From NCBI RefSeq assembly GCF_009914755.1, contig NC_060931.1: a stretch of DNA of 64,000 nt; one strand, given 5' to 3'. Positions 24,901-37,570 of this stretch are shown here, piece after piece; positions within the stretch are counted from its first letter, which is position 1; each line of letters opens with the position of its first letter. Under the pieces are notes generated by a model. It did no database searches, had not been told where the DNA came from, and saw only the letters and a list, made by a program, of their open reading frames with translations. This DNA comes from the human T2T-CHM13v2.0 reference genome, Homo sapiens. Both the position numbers and the translations under genes were made by a program.

Positions 24901-27125
24901 GAAAGCAAAGGATGTTAATAAGCGGCTAGAACTCATCAGAAAGTACAGTACTCACTGGTAAGAGCAAGTACACAGAAAAACACAGAATATGATAACACCA
25001 TAATTGTGGTTTGTGAACTACTCATATATTTTGAGTAGGAAGACTGAAAGGTGAACTGATAAAAATAATGACTACAACAAATTTTTGAGATATAGAGAGT
25101 ATAATAAAGTATAAATAGAAAAAAGTTAAAAAGCAGGGGAACGATTTTAAAACATAAAATTTTTATTAGTTTTCTCTTTGTTTGTTTGTTTATGCAATCA
25201 ATGCTAAATTATCATCAGCTTAAAATAATGGGTTATAAGATATTGTTTGCAAGCCTCATGGCAATCTGAAATCAAAATAACTTATGACAGATACAGAGAA
25301 AATAAAAAGCAAGAAATGAAAACATACCACAAGAGAAAATCACCTTCTCTGAAAGGAAGATAGGAAGGAAGAAAAGAAAGAAGACCACAAAGCAACCAGA
25401 AAACAAATTACAAAATGGTAGGAGTAAGTCCTTACGTATCAGCAATAACATTGAATGTAAATGAACTGAACACTCCAGTGAAAAGACAGAGTGACTGAAT
25501 TGCTAAAATTACAAGACCCAGTGATCTGTTGCCTGCAAGAAAAACACTTCACCTATGAAGACAGACATAGATGCAGGAATAGCTATATTTATATCAGCCA
25601 AAATAGATTTCAAAATGAAAACTATAAAAAGAGACAAAGATGGCCATTATGTAATGATAAAGGGGTCAATTCAGCAAGAGGATATGACAACTGTAAATAT
25701 ATATGCACCCCACACTAAAGCCCCTAGATACATAAGCAAATATTACTAGGACTAAAGAGACAGACTCCAATAATAGCTGGAGATTTCAACACTCCACTTT
25801 CAGCATTGGGCAGATCATCCAGACAGAAAATCAACCAAAAAAAATTGGACTTAATCTGGCCCATAGACTAAATGGACCTAACAGATATTTACAGAACATT
25901 TCATTCAACAGCTGCAGAATGCACATTCTTCTCCTAAGCACATAGATCGTTCTCAATAATAGACCATATATTATGCCACAAAACATGTCTGAAAAAGCTC
26001 AAAATAAATTATATTAAATATGTTCTCTAACTACAGTAAAATAAAAGTAGAAATCAATAACAAGAGGAATTTTGGAAATGATACAAACACATGGAAATTA
26101 TAAATATGCTCCTGAATGACTGATGAGTCAATGAAGAGAAAAAGGGAGAAATTAAAAAATTTTGTGGAACAAAACAATGGACAGAACATACCACAACCAA
26201 TGTAATACAGCAGAAGCAGTTATTAATAGGAAAAATTATAGGTATAAGAACCTACATTTAAAAAGTAGAAAAAGTTGTACTAAAAATAAACAACCTAATG
26301 ATGCATCTTAAAGAACTAGAAAAGCAAGAGCAAATAAATCAACCCAAAGTTAGTAGAAAAAAAGAAATAATAAAGATCAGAGTAGAAATAAATAAAATTG
26401 AAATGAAGAGAACAATACAAAAGATTAATGACATGAAAAGTTTGTTTTCTGAAAACATCAACAAAATTGACATTTAGCCAGACTTAACTAAGAAAAAAAA
26501 AAAGAAGACCCAAGTAAATGAAACGAGAGATGAAAAAAGAGACATTACAACAAATACTGCAGAAATCCAAAGGATCATTAGAGGCTACTATGAACAACTA
26601 CATGCCAAGAAATTGGAAAATCTAGAGGAAATGGATAAATTCTCAGACATATACAACCTACAAACATTGAACCATGAATAATTTCAAAACTTGAATAGAC
26701 CAATAGCAAGTAATGAGATCAAATAAAAAGTCTTCCAGCAAAGAAAAGCTCAGGACCTGATGGCTTCACTGCTGAATTTCATCAAAAATTTAAAAAACTA
26801 ATATCGATCCTACTGAAACTGTTCTGAAAAACAGGGAAGGAAGGAATACTTCCAAACTCATTCTATGAGGCCAGTATTACCCAGATACTAAAATGAGACA
26901 GACACATCAAAAATACAAAAAAAAAAGGCCACTATATTTGATGAACATTGATGCAAAAATACTCAGAAAAATACTAGCAAACCAAATTCAACAATAAAAA
27001 GATCATTCATCATAACCAAGTGGGATTTGCTCCTGAAATGCAAGCATGATTCAACATACACAAATAGTGAAGGTGATACATCATTATCCACAGAATGAAG
27101 GCAACAAAATGCTTGAAAAAGTATT
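21930..27125 (+). mobile_element. L1 (L1M1/L1MA1-3-like) with 5'UTR, decayed ORF1, spacer and 5' part of ORF2
   Basis: 5'UTR about 21930-24000 (ccagtgctgtgctggcttcagg, catcaagaccatccaggaaaac); ORF1 about 24005-24920; ORF2 start atggtaggagtaagtcc at about 25415; endonuclease peptide IKRDKDGHYVMIKGSIQQEDMTTVNIYAP at 25555-25749; many stops and frameshifts. Confidence 0.93.
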
Positions 27126-27209
27126 TTTATTGTGAAGGGATGTTGATGAAATTCAACATCCTCTTCTTGTGCCAGCTTTTAAGGGGAATGCTTCCAGCTT
27201 TTGCCCATT

Positions 27210-27561
27210 CAGCATGGTACTGGTACAAGAACAGACACATAGAACAATGGAATAGAATAAAGGACCCAGAAATGAGGCCACACACCTACAACCATCTGAT
27301 CTTCAACAAACCTGACAAAAACAAGCAATGAGGAAATGATTCCTTATTCAATAAATGGTGCTGTGATAACTGGCTAGTCATATGCAGAAGATTGAAAGTG
27401 GACCGCTTCCTTACACTATATACAAAAATCAACTCAAGATGGATTAAAGACTTAAATGTAAAACCCAAAACTGTAAAGACCCTGGAAGACAACCTAGGCA
27501 ATACCATTCAGGACATAGGCACAAGCAAAGATTTCATGACAAAGATGCCAAAAGAAATTGC
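27210..27561 (+). mobile_element. L1PA-like ORF2 fragment (younger than the host L1)
   Basis: Peptides [16 protein letters not shown] and [34 protein letters not shown]. Confidence 0.85.
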
Positions 27562-27567
27562 AGTAGT

Positions 27568-27770
27568 AGAAATATTTGCCCACTCCAGTGTCCTGGAGAA
27601 TTTTCTCAATGTTTTCTTGTAGTAATTTTATAGTTTGAGGTCTTAGATTTAGGTCTTTAATCCATTTTGATTTGATTTTTGTGTATGGTGAGAGATCGTG
27701 GTCTAGTCTCATTCTTCTGCATATAAATATCCAGCTTTCCCAGCATCATTTATTGAACAGACTATCTTTT
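27568..27770 (-). mobile_element. L1MA-like ORF2 fragment, inverted
   Basis: Peptide [29 protein letters not shown] on the minus strand. Confidence 0.85.
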
Positions 27771-28119
27771 AGCTAATGATGTTCTTGACATCTTAGTTGA
27801 GAAGACTACTATAAGGTCTAACTTTGGCTTTACTTGCAAACATATATAAACATATTGATACTAATAGAAGCAGTTTGAGATGTTTCCAGAAAAAAAATTT
27901 AACCGCCAAGTTTAGTATGTTTAAACCTAGTTTTCAAAATTGGTTCTGTTCTTTCAAGAAGTACTTCTATGTTAGAAATAATTATCCTTAAATTCTAGAA
28001 AAGCTGATCATCAAAATTGTGTCGCTGTTAAGATAGAATTTATTCTAACATTTCTAGCAGAAAGAAAAATTAACTCATTTTTAGATGCAATGCCTTTGTT
28101 TTATAATACTAAATAATTA

Positions 28120-28469
28120 TGATATGCTTTGACTGCGTCTCACCCAAATCTCAACTATAGTTGTATCTCCCAGAATTCCCACATGTTGTGGGAGGGACCC
28201 GGGGGAGGTAATTGAATCATGGGGGCCAGTCTTTCCTGTGCTATTCTCGTTACAGTGAATAAGTCTTACGAGATCTGATCGGTTTATCAGGGGTTTCTGC
28301 TTTTGCTTCTTCCTCATTTTCCCTTGCTGTCGCCATGTAAGAATTGCCTTTCACCTCCTGCCATGATTCTGAGGCCCCCAGCCATGTGGAACTGTAAGTC
28401 CAATTAAACTTCTTTTTGTTCCCAGTTTCAGTTATGTTTTTATCAGCAGCGTGAAAACAAACTGATACA
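28120..28469 (+). mobile_element. THE1A-like solo LTR with 5-bp TSD
   Basis: tgatatg...tgataca; gtatctcccagaattcccac; TSD aatta at 28115-28119 and 28470-28474. Confidence 0.95.
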
Positions 28470-29309
28470 AATTATTAATAAGCATGTGTGTTTTAAATAG
28501 TAAATAATAAAAAATAATTCTTTAGTGATTTAGTAGATTTTCTAATTAAGAACAATTTAAAAACACATTAGTATATGTAAAGTAACATGGAATGTAAATG
28601 CTGAATTAAGTGAGACATCAGAATGGGGCAAAATTAATTGGGAAGGCATTTTTATGTGGCGATTTAAAAATTATGTTGAAAACTATAGAATGCCAGAAAA
28701 GATAGGATTGTATTTGACGAAGAGCTCATGGAACATGAAAAGACATAAGGTAGAAAAGAGTTAATGAGGTTATCCAAGTTAGAAAGTGAAGCAATGTTTC
28801 AATTACTAAGGTCTAAAGAGTAGGTAGAATTCAATTATTTCTCCTTTGTATAAAGTTGATTTTTCCTTTACTTTGATGTTTTTCATTTATTTTAATAAGA
28901 CATACTAAAAAAGCAGGGTCTTGATCATACTAACTAGACCTTTTGAGTGATTTAACTGCTTAACTGTGGGCATTGCTTCCATTCTTGACTTTTTCACTCT
29001 AGTTTCCTATTTTATAGCAATATTTGAACATAGGATTTTTAGCAAGTATTATCTGATTATTAAATGACAAATTGAGAACATTATTCTATACCACAGCAAA
29101 AAGCTATGTTTCCTCCCAGAAACACCAATGATTCAATTTGTCGTCTTGGACAACTTACAAACACCTAAACAGCTCACCTGCTGAAATTCTTACCTTGGAC
29201 TTTGTGTAGTCAACATTTGTGTTTCCATTAATTTACATTTTTTATGTCCAATTATTCACTCTCCATACTTATTCAAATTCCCAAGCAACATAGATGTTTG
29301 GTTACACTC

Positions 29310-29517
29310 AATACATATATATGTATTTATGTTATGTATATGTGTATACATGTATATGTATTTACGTACATGCATGAGTGTATACATGTGTATGATACAT
29401 GTCATGCGCACATATACACATACTATATACACATGTATGAGTGTATACATGTGTATGATACATGCCATGCACACATATACACATACTATATACATGTGTA
29501 CACATGTATATATATAG
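29310..29517. repeat. (TA/CA/TG)-rich repeat containing two copies of a 63-bp unit
   Basis: Unit catgYatgagtgtatacatgtgtatgatacatgYcatgcRcacatatacacatactatata repeated at about 29369-29492. Confidence 0.9.
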
Positions 29518-30366
29518 TGAATATGATTTAAATTTAGTAAGAAAAATAACTACATCTATACATTAGTTTAATAGAGCATCTACTACTGGAATTGTAAAAT
29601 TTCTTTTAAAATATTTCAGTTGATTGCTAGTTTTTAATAATATAAACTGAAGGAATATAAAGGAAGGGGCCACATCAAAACACCACTTATGCGTCATTTC
29701 AAATCAGTTATATCACTCAAGTTTTCTAAAATTATAAGTAAAATTAAAAAGAGTGGAAAATACATCAGATGTAAAAGAATGTTTTCAGTTCAAGGACAAA
29801 ATTAATTATCTAAATTATCCCAGCAGGTTTGGTGGTCTTCTTTGTATGAGCCACCTGCTTTTCCCTTTCTTGTCGCCCTGGCTTTTTACAATCGTGCCCG
29901 TAACCCTGTCATTGACCATGTTATCGTTTAAGAGCTTTGTGATTTTAGAAGGATGTGTGTGGGTCATGTTTAAGCCATTGTCAGTTGCTATTATAATTAC
30001 AGTGATTGTTATCTAGTGAAAGCTTTGCTGGCAGAATTCCACCAGAAGGCTAAAACTTGCATCCAAGTTTTCATTAAGCTATTGGGGTTTGTCATTCTAT
30101 TTAAAATGAGATTTAATTCTGTTTTTATTAAAGTGTAAGCATTATTGAATTCCATAACTATCAAAAAGGGCTTTCAAATTTATTTAAAAATCAGTTAACT
30201 AATTAAAGACCGTCACAAACCAGGACATTAAATCACATATGATGCATATTTGTGATATCAGTTCTTAAAACAGGTATATACATAAAATACAGTATTATTT
30301 TTCTGAACCAAATTTTTTTATGAAACAGAAAATTTCTGAAACCATAGACTATTTGGTTTAAAAAAA

Positions 30367-30890
30367 ATCATGTTATATAACCCAGCAATTGAACTCCTTT
30401 GTATTTACCCAAAGGAGTTGAAAACTTACATCCACACAGAGGGATCCACTGCACAGGGAGGTTTATAGCCTTGGGAAGCAGTGGTTGCCAGGGTATGGGA
30501 GGAGGAAGCGATAAATAGATGAAACACAGTGGAGTTCCAGGGCAAGGAAACTGTTTTATAAGATACTGTATTGCTGGATACATGTCATTATACATTTGCC
30601 CAAACCCATGAACGGTACAAGATCAATAGTCAGCCCTATGTAAACTATGGACTTCAGGTGATTATGAAATATCAGTGTAGGTTTGTTGATTGTAACAAAT
30701 ATACCACTCTTTTTTTTTTTTTTTTTTTGAGATGGAGTCTCCTACATACCACTCTTAGTGGGGGTTGTTGTTAAGAGGGGAGGCTGCGCATATGTGGGGT
30801 AGGCAATATGTGGGAAATCTCTATGTCTTCCTCTTAATTTTGCTGTGAACCTAAAACTTCTCTTAAAACTAATGTCTTTTAATAAAAAAA
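30367..30890 (+). mobile_element. L1MC1-like 3' end
   Basis: ggatacatgtcattatacatttgcccaaacccat, gtaaactatggactt, ttttgctgtgaacctaaaact. Confidence 0.87.
30712..30743 (-). mobile_element. Ultra-truncated Alu (about 14 nt plus tail) with TSD
   Basis: T-tract plus gagatggagtctc; TSD ataccactctt at 30701-30711 and 30746-30756. Confidence 0.85.
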
Positions 30891-33246
30891 CATGTTTTAC
30901 TTTGTGATCAGTAAAAATTATGCCCAAGATTATACTTAGATACATAACTAGTTACAAATCATTACAATAATTCCCCTGAGAAAGTTTACTTTTGTTCACT
31001 ATTGTTTACATACAAGAAAAAGTTAATGGTTTTATAAGGAAGATATTTAGTAATCAGAATTGAATATGTGTATACTACATTTGATCAGAAAATACCTAAA
31101 ATTATTACCTGGGAATATTGGTTAATTCATTCTATTGTGTATGCACCCATGTGTGATGAAGGGAGAAGGGAGATGAAATAATACCAGCATCCTGAACCTG
31201 AATGTCCAGCTTCGCCTTGTTCTTTGTGGATTATAAGACCATTGATTAAATAAATCCTTTCATCAAAATTATCTTGTAAGTAGAAGTTCAACAAATAACT
31301 TGCTTCACATGTGAAGACACAAAAGTACACAAATCAAAACCAAAAAACCTAAGGCTACCTGATGGCAAGATAACACTTGGAGAGCTAGAAACGCGAGGTT
31401 TTTATTTTTCTGTATCTAGCGTTTATATCGACTTCCAAAATTGGTTGTTTGTATCCTAGTCTGTAAAATGGTGCGGATATAAATTAAACTTAGGAGAGTG
31501 TTGTGATGTTTTCACCAGTAAACACTTAGGTCCAAGAATTAAGGAGAACTAATACATATTCACTGTCTAATATATACCAACACTAAGCATATATGTGATG
31601 ATATTTAATGTCCTTGGCCACTCCTCAGACTTCCTGGATGTGTCTCCTCTCACAAGTGGAATTTATAAATAGCAAGGGATGGTTGATTTTTAACCCCAGT
31701 TCAAGAAAGCTAAGTTAAATGCTCTGTAAGGACTCTAAACGTGAGTCATTAATAAAACAATTGCTGATATATTAGAAGAGTACAAACTAGGATCACCTAG
31801 TCAAGAGTGAATTATTTTTATAAGCAATGATGTTTAGGTTTTACAAAATTACAAACAATTTATTTCATAGTCTATCCTTGTTATAAAATGAACAAAACAT
31901 AATCTTTAATTATTAAACAAATTTAGAGATCAAATAGATAAGCTTTACATTTAGCAACTGCACCAACTGGCAGACATTTGGGCTACACTGACAATATGTG
32001 AAATATGTGCTCAAGTGTATATTTAATAAAACACAAGGATTTTATGGTATAATGCATTGTGTTAATGCATTTGGTTGGTTCCAGTGTGAACTACATATAC
32101 TGTATTCATTTCAACAGTAAACTTCCTAAATAAAACACACAAACATTTAAGCAACATATAGCATTATGACGTTACCCTTAAAATAATCTCTAATACAGTA
32201 TTTTAAATCCATATTCCAGAAAAAAGAAACTACCATCTAAATCCAGTTATTCCATCTGACCTGGTAGCAGTGATGTTTGGAGTTTAGGACCTAAAGGTGA
32301 AATGGTAGGTAAGGAATGTCCTTTCAGAATTTTAGGGTTCTCTTTAAAATAAGGATCGATAAACCAGTATTAACCGATGCATTTATGGGTTATTAGTAAC
32401 TTTGCTTTTAGTTTTTTCTACTTCAGTGAGTCTGAAATATTGCCAGTGTTAAAGAATATGATGGTTCTTGCTCAATAGTGAAGAAGATATGAAGGAAAAT
32501 CAGACGGACATTTTTTTTTTTTCTGGTTGATGTCATTAGGTTGAATTTAAATTGCATATGATGTTGAGAAACCACACACTTAATTTTTTTGAAAATTGTA
32601 GGGTGCAATGACTGTCTTCTACTTGAATGGAAATGATTATAAATATGTTTTAAAATTTGACAAGTGCTAGTGAATATAAAATATTATTGCTATATTATTT
32701 TTCATTAAGTTGTGGTCTTAAAGACACTTCTAAACGATACATTTTTTTGTGAAGAGATTTAATTATCTTTTAAATTGTTCTTTTTAAAGTATTTATTAAA
32801 AACATCAACATTATTTTTTAAATTCTTAAGTATAATCTTATGGAAAAATACTGTATGAAATATTCTAAAACACAAATTCTTTATCTTTTCATTTATTAAA
32901 AAATAATTTGTTTCTATTTCCTTTTTCCAGAGTCAGTTTGGCCCGATCTGTACATATTTTGCAGTTAGAAAAAGTATTTGATATGTATTTGATAAACTGA
33001 TTAAATGCTAAATGGTTTTGAGATGATTCTTATACTGGAATCTATATCTTTTAAATACACACTAAGTAGACTGACAAATAGAACAAAATTGCTAGAAGAA
33101 TCAAGTTCATTCTCTGCTTCTTGCAATGTAACTAATTAAATATGAAGGAGAGACAAAATGCTAGTACAACGAATCAAAGAAACAGAGAGAGAGAGAATCA
33201 GTTCATTTTTCAATATGTCATTGTTTCTTAGACAAGAACAATGAAT

Positions 33247-33354
33247 CACTGAGCACAAATGGCTTAATCTCCAGGCACAGCCTCTAGTGTTGCTCCAGAT
33301 TCAAACTAACATTTGATGACAATATAAGACATTCATCTCTTGTGAATCTATTGT
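33247..33354. repeat. 108-bp direct repeat, copy 1
   Basis: 7 mismatches and no indels versus 34940-35047. Confidence 0.95.
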
Positions 33355-34939
33355 TTAGTGTGGGTTTTAATTTGTTGCAATAGTTATAAGCCACAACAAA
33401 TGCAGGTTTTCAGAGAATCAGAAATGGAGTAAGAATGGAACACTGTATGTTCTAGATCACAGGCCATTTATGTATGTATGTATCCCTACTATAATGTTGA
33501 TGATGCTTACATAATTTCTTTATATGTAGAAAAGATACTTCAAATTTCAGATAGATGATCACACCAACAAATGGCAAATGTTGTATTTCTGTCAAAACAT
33601 TAAATTTGGCATGCTTGGTGTTTCTTCAACATGGAATGACCATCAAGTTAAATGGCTGGAAAACTTAAGCTGAGAATGGTGTTGTTTACATTTCTTCACA
33701 GAAGAAGCAAGATAAATACCATATTATGTGCGCATGTGTATATGTAAATCACAGTGCACAGAAAAAGAGAGATGTCTTTCACTGATATTAAAACTAGGTG
33801 AAGATAAGCCAAAATAATTTTTCAATTAAGCTGTTTCTTAAATGCTTAACAATTATCTTTTCTAACTATAAACCATGTCATTGAATACAAGATTCACCAG
33901 CTATATTTTGGACAAAGGATGTCAAAAATGTTTTTATTCTTATGGTCAGCATCTGTCCATACCAAGAAAATGACAGACATACAGTAAACACTCAACATGT
34001 TTGCTGAATGGAGAGCTATGAAGCTTTGAGGAAACTGCATGACCTGATATTTCAAGGAATATCTTTTGGCTACAGATATTCTGATAAATATACAATTTTA
34101 GATGTTGGGAGATAAAGTACAGATCTGTAAGGTGGTCAAAATAATGTTTGCCTTTTCCCCTTTCTTACTTTTGTAGATATATGTACATATATACATATGT
34201 ACTCACACAGACACATACACACACACACATATGTATGTGTGTTGCCTGGAAAGCAAGTGTGTAGAAATCGTGGGATTAGGATTAGGATTATGGGGATCTA
34301 ACTGCGTCCATGTCATTCTTGGAGAAACAGTTCTAAGAACAAATGCTGAAGGCAAACAAATGATGCATTCTCAAATGAAAGAGGTCTGAACTGAGATTGT
34401 GCCCATCAATTCCTGAGAAGAGAATTTTAACAAAACGCAGCTGAAAGAGATGCAAGCTAAAGCCAGGCCACAAATTTTATTTACTTAAAAATATCAGGGA
34501 GCATCCATTTTTCCTCTTTCAACATGACATGTAAGACAAAGCATACTGTTGAAAAGAAAAATAAAATGATGTTTTAATAACTCAAAGAAGGAACACGTAC
34601 ATGAAAGTGGTTTCTCACTGGAATCTGCAATAGTAACAAAGGAGACAGTGAGCATCAAACATCTGGGTTGTGGGCTCCCATACACTTCCATGAGATTATC
34701 CAGAAAACCATGAATTCTTGGGTGAGTGGGCAATTTTCCTGATAAGAGTGGATGGCTACAAGAAATGAATCACCCCAACACTGGCCAGACTTTCACCTAT
34801 AATCTTGGGTTAGTTGTCTCATTGAGTAGAACAGAAAAATAGCATCAATATGAATTATTTTTTAAGGAGGTAACTTTAGGATTTTTCTTCTGAGCAACAC
34901 ACAAGCAAAAAAGAAAAAAAAAAGAAAAAAGAGAAAAAC

Positions 34940-35047
34940 CACTGACCATAAATGGCTTAATCTCCAGGCCCAGCCTCCAGTGTTGCTCCACATTCAAACT
35001 GACATTTGATGACAATATAAGACATTCATCTTTTGTGAATCTATTGT
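34940..35047. repeat. 108-bp direct repeat, copy 2
   Basis: 7 mismatches and no indels versus 33247-33354. Confidence 0.95.
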
Positions 35048-35082
35048 GAGAAATAGGGAATCTATTTCTCTATGGTTTTTTA

Positions 35083-35487
35083 GTAGTATGGGCCGAACTG
35101 TGTCTCTTCTCCCCAAAGTTAACATGCTGAAACACTAACCTTCAGTACTTCAGAATGTGATATTACTGGGAACAGGGCCTTTAAAGAGGCAATTAAGTTA
35201 AAATGAGGCAATGAAGGTGGGCCCTAATTTAATTTTAATGGTGTTCTCATATAAAGGGGAAAATCTGGGTGCTCGGAAAGACACCAGAAGCACACAGAAG
35301 AAGATCATATGAAGACACAACAAGAAGGTGACTAGCTGCAAGCCAAGAAGAGAAGCCTCAGAAGAAATCAAACGTACTAGCACCTTGATCTTGGAATTCC
35401 AGTCTCCAAAGCTGCGAGAAAATAAAATTCTGTTGCTTAAGCTGCCAAGACTATGGTATTTTCTTATGGCAATCTTAGCAAAATAAC
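35083..35487 (+). mobile_element. MLT1B-like solo LTR
   Basis: cagtacttcagaatgtga, aattaagttaaaatgagg, gcaagccaagaagagaagcctcagaagaa, caccttgatcttgga. Confidence 0.88.
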
Positions 35488-35549
35488 CCTATTAGCAAAC
35501 AAATGCATACAAAATCTCTGTAAATACAGCAGGTTTCCTTTTTAAAAAA

Positions 35550-36330
35550 ACTCTTTATTTTGAAAAATTATAGTTCTACAACAAATAATAAAAAAGATAT
35601 ACAGGATGGTCCTATTTACTCTTGACTCAGTTTCCCTTATAGTAACATCTTATATAACTACTAGGAAAATGATGTTGATACATTCCACATATCTTGTTAA
35701 AATTTAACCAGTTTTACATGTATTAGTTTGTTCTATGCAATTTTCTTGCATGTGTAGACCCATGTTACCACTACCATAGAGAAAATCCAGAATCATTCCA
35801 TCACCAGAGGCTCCTTCATGCTGTCTCTTTATACTCATTCTTACCTCTTTCTCTAGCTCATCCCTAACCCCTCACAACCATTAATCTGTTCTCCATCTCT
35901 ACAACCCTGTTATTTCAAGAATGCCATATAATGAGAATCAAAATTAAGTGAACTTTTGGGACTATTTTCACTCAGAATAATTCTCTTGAAATTCAGCCAA
36001 GTTATTGTGTGCAACAATAACTCATTCCTTCTTATTGCGGAGTAGTAGTCCATGATATGGATGCACTACAGGTTCCTTAACCACTTACTAGGATATTACA
36101 GTTGTTTACAGTTTGAAGCTATTATGACTAAAGCTGACGCTCACATTTATATATAAGTTTTTATACAGAAATATGTCTCCATTTCTCTGGAAAAAAAATC
36201 CCAAGGGTACAATTGCCGAGTCAAATGTTAAGTGAATGTTTACTTTAAAAGTGTTATATTGTTTTTTAGAGTGGGTGTACCATTTTACATTACCATCAGC
36301 AATGTATAAGAGGTCCTGTTTCTCAGTATC
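35550..36330 (-). mobile_element. L1MC/L1MD/L1ME1-class 3' end
   Basis: tttattttgaaaaattatag, accattaatctgttctccatctcta, gtaccattttacattaccatcagcaatgtataag. Confidence 0.8.
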
Positions 36331-37409
36331 AGGCAATAGATAATGTATGTGCCATGTATACGTTTCCAGAACATGAAAGTATAGGAATCTTCTTTTATTT
36401 TATTATGTTAGCATACCCTTCACACTCAAACCTAGCTGTGTGCTGAAAAGGTGATTCTCTGGAATTTAAGGAACTTAAAACCCCTGATTTATAGCAACTG
36501 CATATTTTCCAGTTGTGGCTATTTCCCACCGTGGTTTTCAAACTACCCACATGACTTAATTGAAAGTGAATTAAGGAAAAAAATACTCACAAGTAGTTCT
36601 CACACAGTTCTCACTGGCACAAGCCAGTTCCAGCACACTGCTGCACATACACAAACATATGCACACATGCATACACACATATATACACACATGCATATTC
36701 ACAGACACATAAAAACACAGATGCATAGAGACACCAGATTTATCTCCTTCATTCGTACAGATGGACCATTAAATAAGATGACAAGATGAATTTAATAGCA
36801 TGACATAATCAAATATAGAGACAGATATAAAATACATAGAGTATGAAACTATGAAACAATTTTGGAAATAAAAATGTATATTAATGTGCAAATATATGTA
36901 TAGAATATGAGACTGAAAACACCAAAATGTTGATACTGTTTATTTCTGGGTAGTTGGATGACAAGTGAATTTAGTTTTTCTGATTGTGCTTTTCTTTATC
37001 TTTAAGGAACATGTTTTCTTTTAATCAGAAAGAAATAATTACATATATATGTAATTAACATATATTGTATAATATATATCACATATATTCCACATATATG
37101 GAATATATATTGTGTTTTAAAGTTTAAAATGTGAGGAGACCACGTCAATGAGGAACTTGGAACCAAGTAAAACATGGATGGATACGTGACAATATTGTGG
37201 AATAGAGTGAAAATTCAGCTCAGAAATAGTGAAGCTTATTTTAAATGGAAACTAAAATAAGATCATGTGGATTAAATTAGAGATATTTCCAGGAGAAGAT
37301 ATGTTTGAGCATAACTTTCCTCTCCTCCCTATCTGAGGAAAATTCTGGAAGAGACTTCATACGTATCTATATTTGTATCTATGTCAGAAAAGGAGAGAAG
37401 TAAGGCCTG

Positions 37410-37570
37410 GGAGGCAGCTTGCTGTTGTGAAAGGAAAATGAAGTCAGATGATCCTTAATTTGGATACTCTTTCTTACCATTTGGGGCAAGTTACTTCCTC
37501 AAAGCCTCAATTTCTTCTTCTCTAGCATGAGATTAATATTTGTGATTCATCAGAAGGTTAAACAAAGCAA
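37410..37570 (+). mobile_element. MIR fragment
   Basis: ggggcaagttactt...gcctcaatttcttc. Confidence 0.6.

Noticed and set aside
24005-27770. L1 ORF1/ORF2 as an active reverse transcriptase system
   Set aside because: Many stops and frameshifts, truncated and rearranged; a fossil
29244-29531. Repetitive His/Tyr/Cys-rich ORFs resembling a repeat protein or zinc finger
   Set aside because: Translations of a TA/CA microsatellite that stays open in several frames and on both strands
32417-32468. Plus-strand acceptor followed by ESEILPVLKNMMVLAQ-stop
   Set aside because: No upstream coding exons, donor or recognisable homology
33247-35047. 108-bp repeats as snoRNA copies, LTR pair or CRISPR-like repeats
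   Set aside because: TGATGA is internal with no downstream CTGA or terminal stem; there are no TG...CA ends, TSD or internal retroviral sequence; only two copies in a eukaryotic genome
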